This document shows positions 9,050 to 11,351 of a stretch of DNA of 11,351 nucleotides, piece by piece. A program made the position numbers and the translations under genes. This DNA comes from Octopus sinensis (Eukaryota), in the NCBI RefSeq assembly GCF_006345805.1, contig NW_021827009.1, forward strand, positions 1 through 11,351, given 5' to 3'. Positions within the stretch are counted from its first letter, which is position 1. Every line of letters starts with the position of its first letter. Below the pieces are notes generated by a model, which was given only the letters and a program-made list of their open reading frames with translations, made no database searches and was not told the DNA's origin.

Positions 9050-9165
9050 CAGAAACTTTCCCACTGAAATATAAAACCAAGATTGACAAACAAAGAAGAA
9101 TTTCACAGTCTAATGATAGCATCAAAGAGATCGATAATATTATTTGGGTTAGCACCGGTGGTGGT
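9050..9165 (+). repeat. Copy 2 of the exact 116-bp direct duplication
   Basis: Identical to 3493-3608. Confidence 0.95.
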
Positions 9166-9258
9166 CGTCGTTGTGGAAGCGGCGGCGGTGACAGAGATTG
9201 TAGAGGGGGGGCGTAGTTGTGGTGGCGGTAATGGTGGCGGCCACAGCGGTCTGTTATG

Positions 9259-9429
9259 CTCTTTTAGCCTCTTATTTTCAGACTGTGGCCAAGCTGTAGC
9301 ACCCCTTTCAAATACATCGACACCTGTAGTCGTCACATCGACCACGAAAGAATGGAGGGTAAACTAGACATGGTCAGGATTTGAACCTAGAATGTCGAGG
9401 ACTATAAATTAAACAACACACCGCTAATT
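9259..9429 (-). mobile_element. Degenerate SINE copy
   Basis: cgaccacgaaagaatggagggtaaactagac...ggatttgaacctagaatgt aligns with 9965-10021 and includes a B box. The reverse complement of 9259-9302 (cagcttggccacagtct...taaaagag) matches the tail at 6716-6754. Confidence 0.55.
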
Positions 9430-9515
9430 CCAGTTACGTACTGGGGATGATCTAATCGACTGGCTCCCTCCCCACCCTCCAAAAAACTTGTGTCTAGAGT
9501 AGAAAAGAAAAGAAT
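9430..9515 (+). mobile_element. 3' half of a SINE (5'-truncated)
   Basis: ccagttacgtactggggatgatctaatcgact matches the reverse complement of about 10216-10247. It ends in short agaaa repeats. Confidence 0.65.
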
Positions 9516-9576
9516 ACTGTTTCACACGTGGTTAAACAACTGAAATAGCCGTGACGAACACGTTAAACGGTCCGCC

Positions 9577-9634
9577 ACCCGCGATCCCTCGACGGCGAGT
9601 CCGCTGCTCTAACCACTAGGCCATGTGCCTCCAC
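9577..9634 (-). mobile_element. Isolated tRNA-derived SINE head (truncated at the B box)
   Basis: The minus strand reads GTGGAGGCACATGGCCTAGTGGTTAGAGCAGCGGACTCGCCGTCGAGGGATCGCGGGT. It has a perfect A box TGGCCTAGTGG and breaks where GTTCGA is expected. Confidence 0.65.
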
Positions 9635-9809
9635 TTACTGCAAAGAGAGAAACGAGATATTCGTCTTTTTTTATTAAATTTTATTTGAAGCTAATAAGTA
9701 TTTTTATGTTATTTATTTATTTTATTCATGCATTTTGAAAGTTGGTATTTATTTCATCACTTTGCATAAGTAGCCAGGAAGTTTATAAAAGTTAAACTTT
9801 AATTATTGT

Positions 9810-9873
9810 CAAGGCCGGCCCTAGGGTTGCTGGCGCCCCTGACAAGTGGAACTTACAAGGCGCCCTTACAAGT
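9810..9873 (+). mobile_element. Possible single terminus of a hAT-type MITE
   Basis: CAAGGCCGGCCCTAGG followed by repeated GGCGCCC..ACAAGT (9832 and 9859) resembles CAGGGCCGGCCC-type hAT termini with subterminal repeats. No partner TIR is seen. Confidence 0.3.
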
Positions 9874-9935
9874 ATAGTTTTCTAAAACTTTCTCAAGGAG
9901 AAAAACTGAAAATGTAGACTAAAAAGCACATGGCA

Positions 9936-10064
9936 CCTCAGTACACAACTGGTACTTAATTTATCGACCCCGAAAGGATGAAAGGCAAAGTCGACCGCGG
10001 CGGAATTTGAACTCAGAACGTAAAGACAGACGGCGTGCTAACGATTCTGCCAGCTCGCCGCCTT
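9936..10064 (-). mobile_element. tRNA-derived SINE, 3'-truncated, with a 24-bp internal deletion
   Basis: The minus-strand head AAGGCGGCGAGCTGGCAGAATCGTTAGC is A-box-like, and the B box is GTTCAAATTCC (10012-10002). It is highly similar to 10231-10383. Confidence 0.85.
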
Positions 10065-10162
10065 AACACATACACACATCATATATTGTGACGTGACGGC
10101 GGTTGCGAGTCGGTGGACTTATCCTCAAAGCATTTCCATAATGGCCAGTATATTTAAGATTA

Positions 10163-10383
10163 TAATATCGCTTTCAAATTTCTGTAAAAGCGGAACAAGT
10201 TCGGGCGATGCGGTAAGTTGATTACATCAACCCCAGTGCGTAACTGGTACTTATTTTATCGACACCGAAAGAATAAAAGACAGAGTCGACCTCGGCGGAA
10301 TTTGAACTCAGAACCTAAAGACAAAGGAAATAACAGTAAGCATTTCGCCCAGCGTGCTAACGATTCTGCCAGCTCGCAGCCTT
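10163..10383 (-). mobile_element. tRNA-derived SINE, near full length
   Basis: It has the same head and B box (10307-10297) as 9936-10064. The body and tail extend to about 10163. Confidence 0.85.
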
Positions 10384-10565
10384 ACATGTTAAACAGTATT
10401 CAATAGATCAATGACAATAGACGTTCCAACTGTGACCACCTGTTTATTTTATAAGACATCTAACATAACATTATTCAATATGGACTTTCTTTTAAGGTGC
10501 TAACAAGTGATTTGAAGGAGATTTAGCTGCTCTTTCTTCAGTTCAGTTTATGAGTAGTGAGTCTA

Positions 10566-10796
10566 AATGGCAGGGGAGTACCAGAATCGGCAGAGCATCG
10601 TAGAAAGTGTATTGCGGTATTTAGTGATGTCCTTTTACTTTCTGTGCTCAAACCCGCCTTTGTCAGATTTTCCTTTCATGTTTCCGGGTCAAAAAATAAA
10701 TACCAGTGAAGCACTAGGAAGTAGGATCAAATCATCTGTCCTCCCTCTCCCCCCTCCACCACCAATATGCGTGGCCTTGTCACTAAGTTAGAAATT
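10566..10796 (+). mobile_element. Old, diverged copy of the same SINE family
   Basis: cagaatcg...gcggtattt...ttttcctttcat...gggtcaaaaaataaataccagt...cactagg is collinear with the reverse complement of 10163-10383. Confidence 0.65.
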
Positions 10797-10835
10797 AAAT
10801 ATCAACGTTGTTATATATTCTAGCACAAATATAAC

Positions 10836-10990
10836 CATACACACAAACAAATGCGTCTATATACACACATATACATATACAAATACAGATACACATACAT
10901 ATACAAATATACATACATATATTCATACATACACACACACACACACACACATACACACACACACACACGCATACACACACACACACAGAT
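10836..10990. repeat. CA/TACA microsatellite
   Basis: Directly visible. Confidence 0.93.
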
Positions 10991-11239
10991 GTACACGACT
11001 AGAGAAATCTGCGCAGCACACAGACAGACAATATCAAGAGACATATTCCATGCGACATTTTGAAGTCCCTCATCTTGACATTTTCTCGTGTGTAACCTAT
11101 CGGGTCACCTGAACTTAAAGCCCCAAATATAAACACTCTGTCAGGCCTCGTTATCTCCTATAATTTGGTCCTTCCTCTTCTTTCCCCTCTTCTCTTAATC
11201 TTCTTCTTCTTGTTGCCGTATGAATAACTCTTTGTTTGA

Positions 11240-11351
11240 ACAACACAACAACCTGTTCGTTGAATTAACATGCAAAGTGGTCGAATATTCCACAGACATG
11301 TCGTATCTTTAAAGTTATTCTCAGGTGGGACCAACATGGCAGACAATGCTG
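11240..11351 (-). mobile_element. Possible 3' portion of another SINE running off the window
   Basis: aacatgcaaagtgg...ttccacagaca...taaagttattctcagg resembles an octopus SINE body from recall only. There is no second copy in the window. Confidence 0.3.

Noticed and set aside
8509-9216. 235-aa ORF with YLSI repeats
   Set aside because: It derives mostly from (TCTA)n and (TC)n. Only the duplicated 116-bp block is of interest.
9577-9634. Possible tRNA gene on the minus strand
   Set aside because: It has an A box only, with no T arm or acceptor stem, and is better explained as a SINE head.
9936-10383. Direct repeats as a possible CRISPR or LTR pair
   Set aside because: They are long diverged copies with Pol III boxes, so they are independent SINE insertions with no repeat-spacer periodicity.

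Overview
AT-rich eukaryotic (animal) non-coding DNA with no intact gene, RNA gene or CRISPR array. Roughly a third of the window is microsatellite (TA, CA/TG, TCTA, TACA, GA, GAT/GCT/GGT), and nearly all ORFs in the track are microsatellite artefacts. The interspersed repeats resemble families I recall from octopus genomes (inference, not a search result). Supported content: several tRNA-derived SINE copies on both strands and a complete 376-bp non-autonomous Helitron (5570-5945, minus; A|TC...hairpin...CTAG|T). There is also a perfect 34-bp-arm hairpin (7977-8049), a 192-bp imperfect palindrome (1099-1290) and an exact 116-bp duplication (3493-3608 = 9050-9165). The most interesting signal is a set of minimal type I hammerhead-ribozyme-like motifs. 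The best preserved is at 7529-7574, with decayed ones at 879-915, 1143-1246 and 7957-7998, several in inverted arrangements. This pattern fits Penelope-like pseudo-LTR remnants, but no RT or GIY-YIG coding sequence is visible. Two candidate minus-strand exons (7254-~6825 with frame disruptions, and 4408-4325) hint at a host gene or pseudogene of unknown identity.
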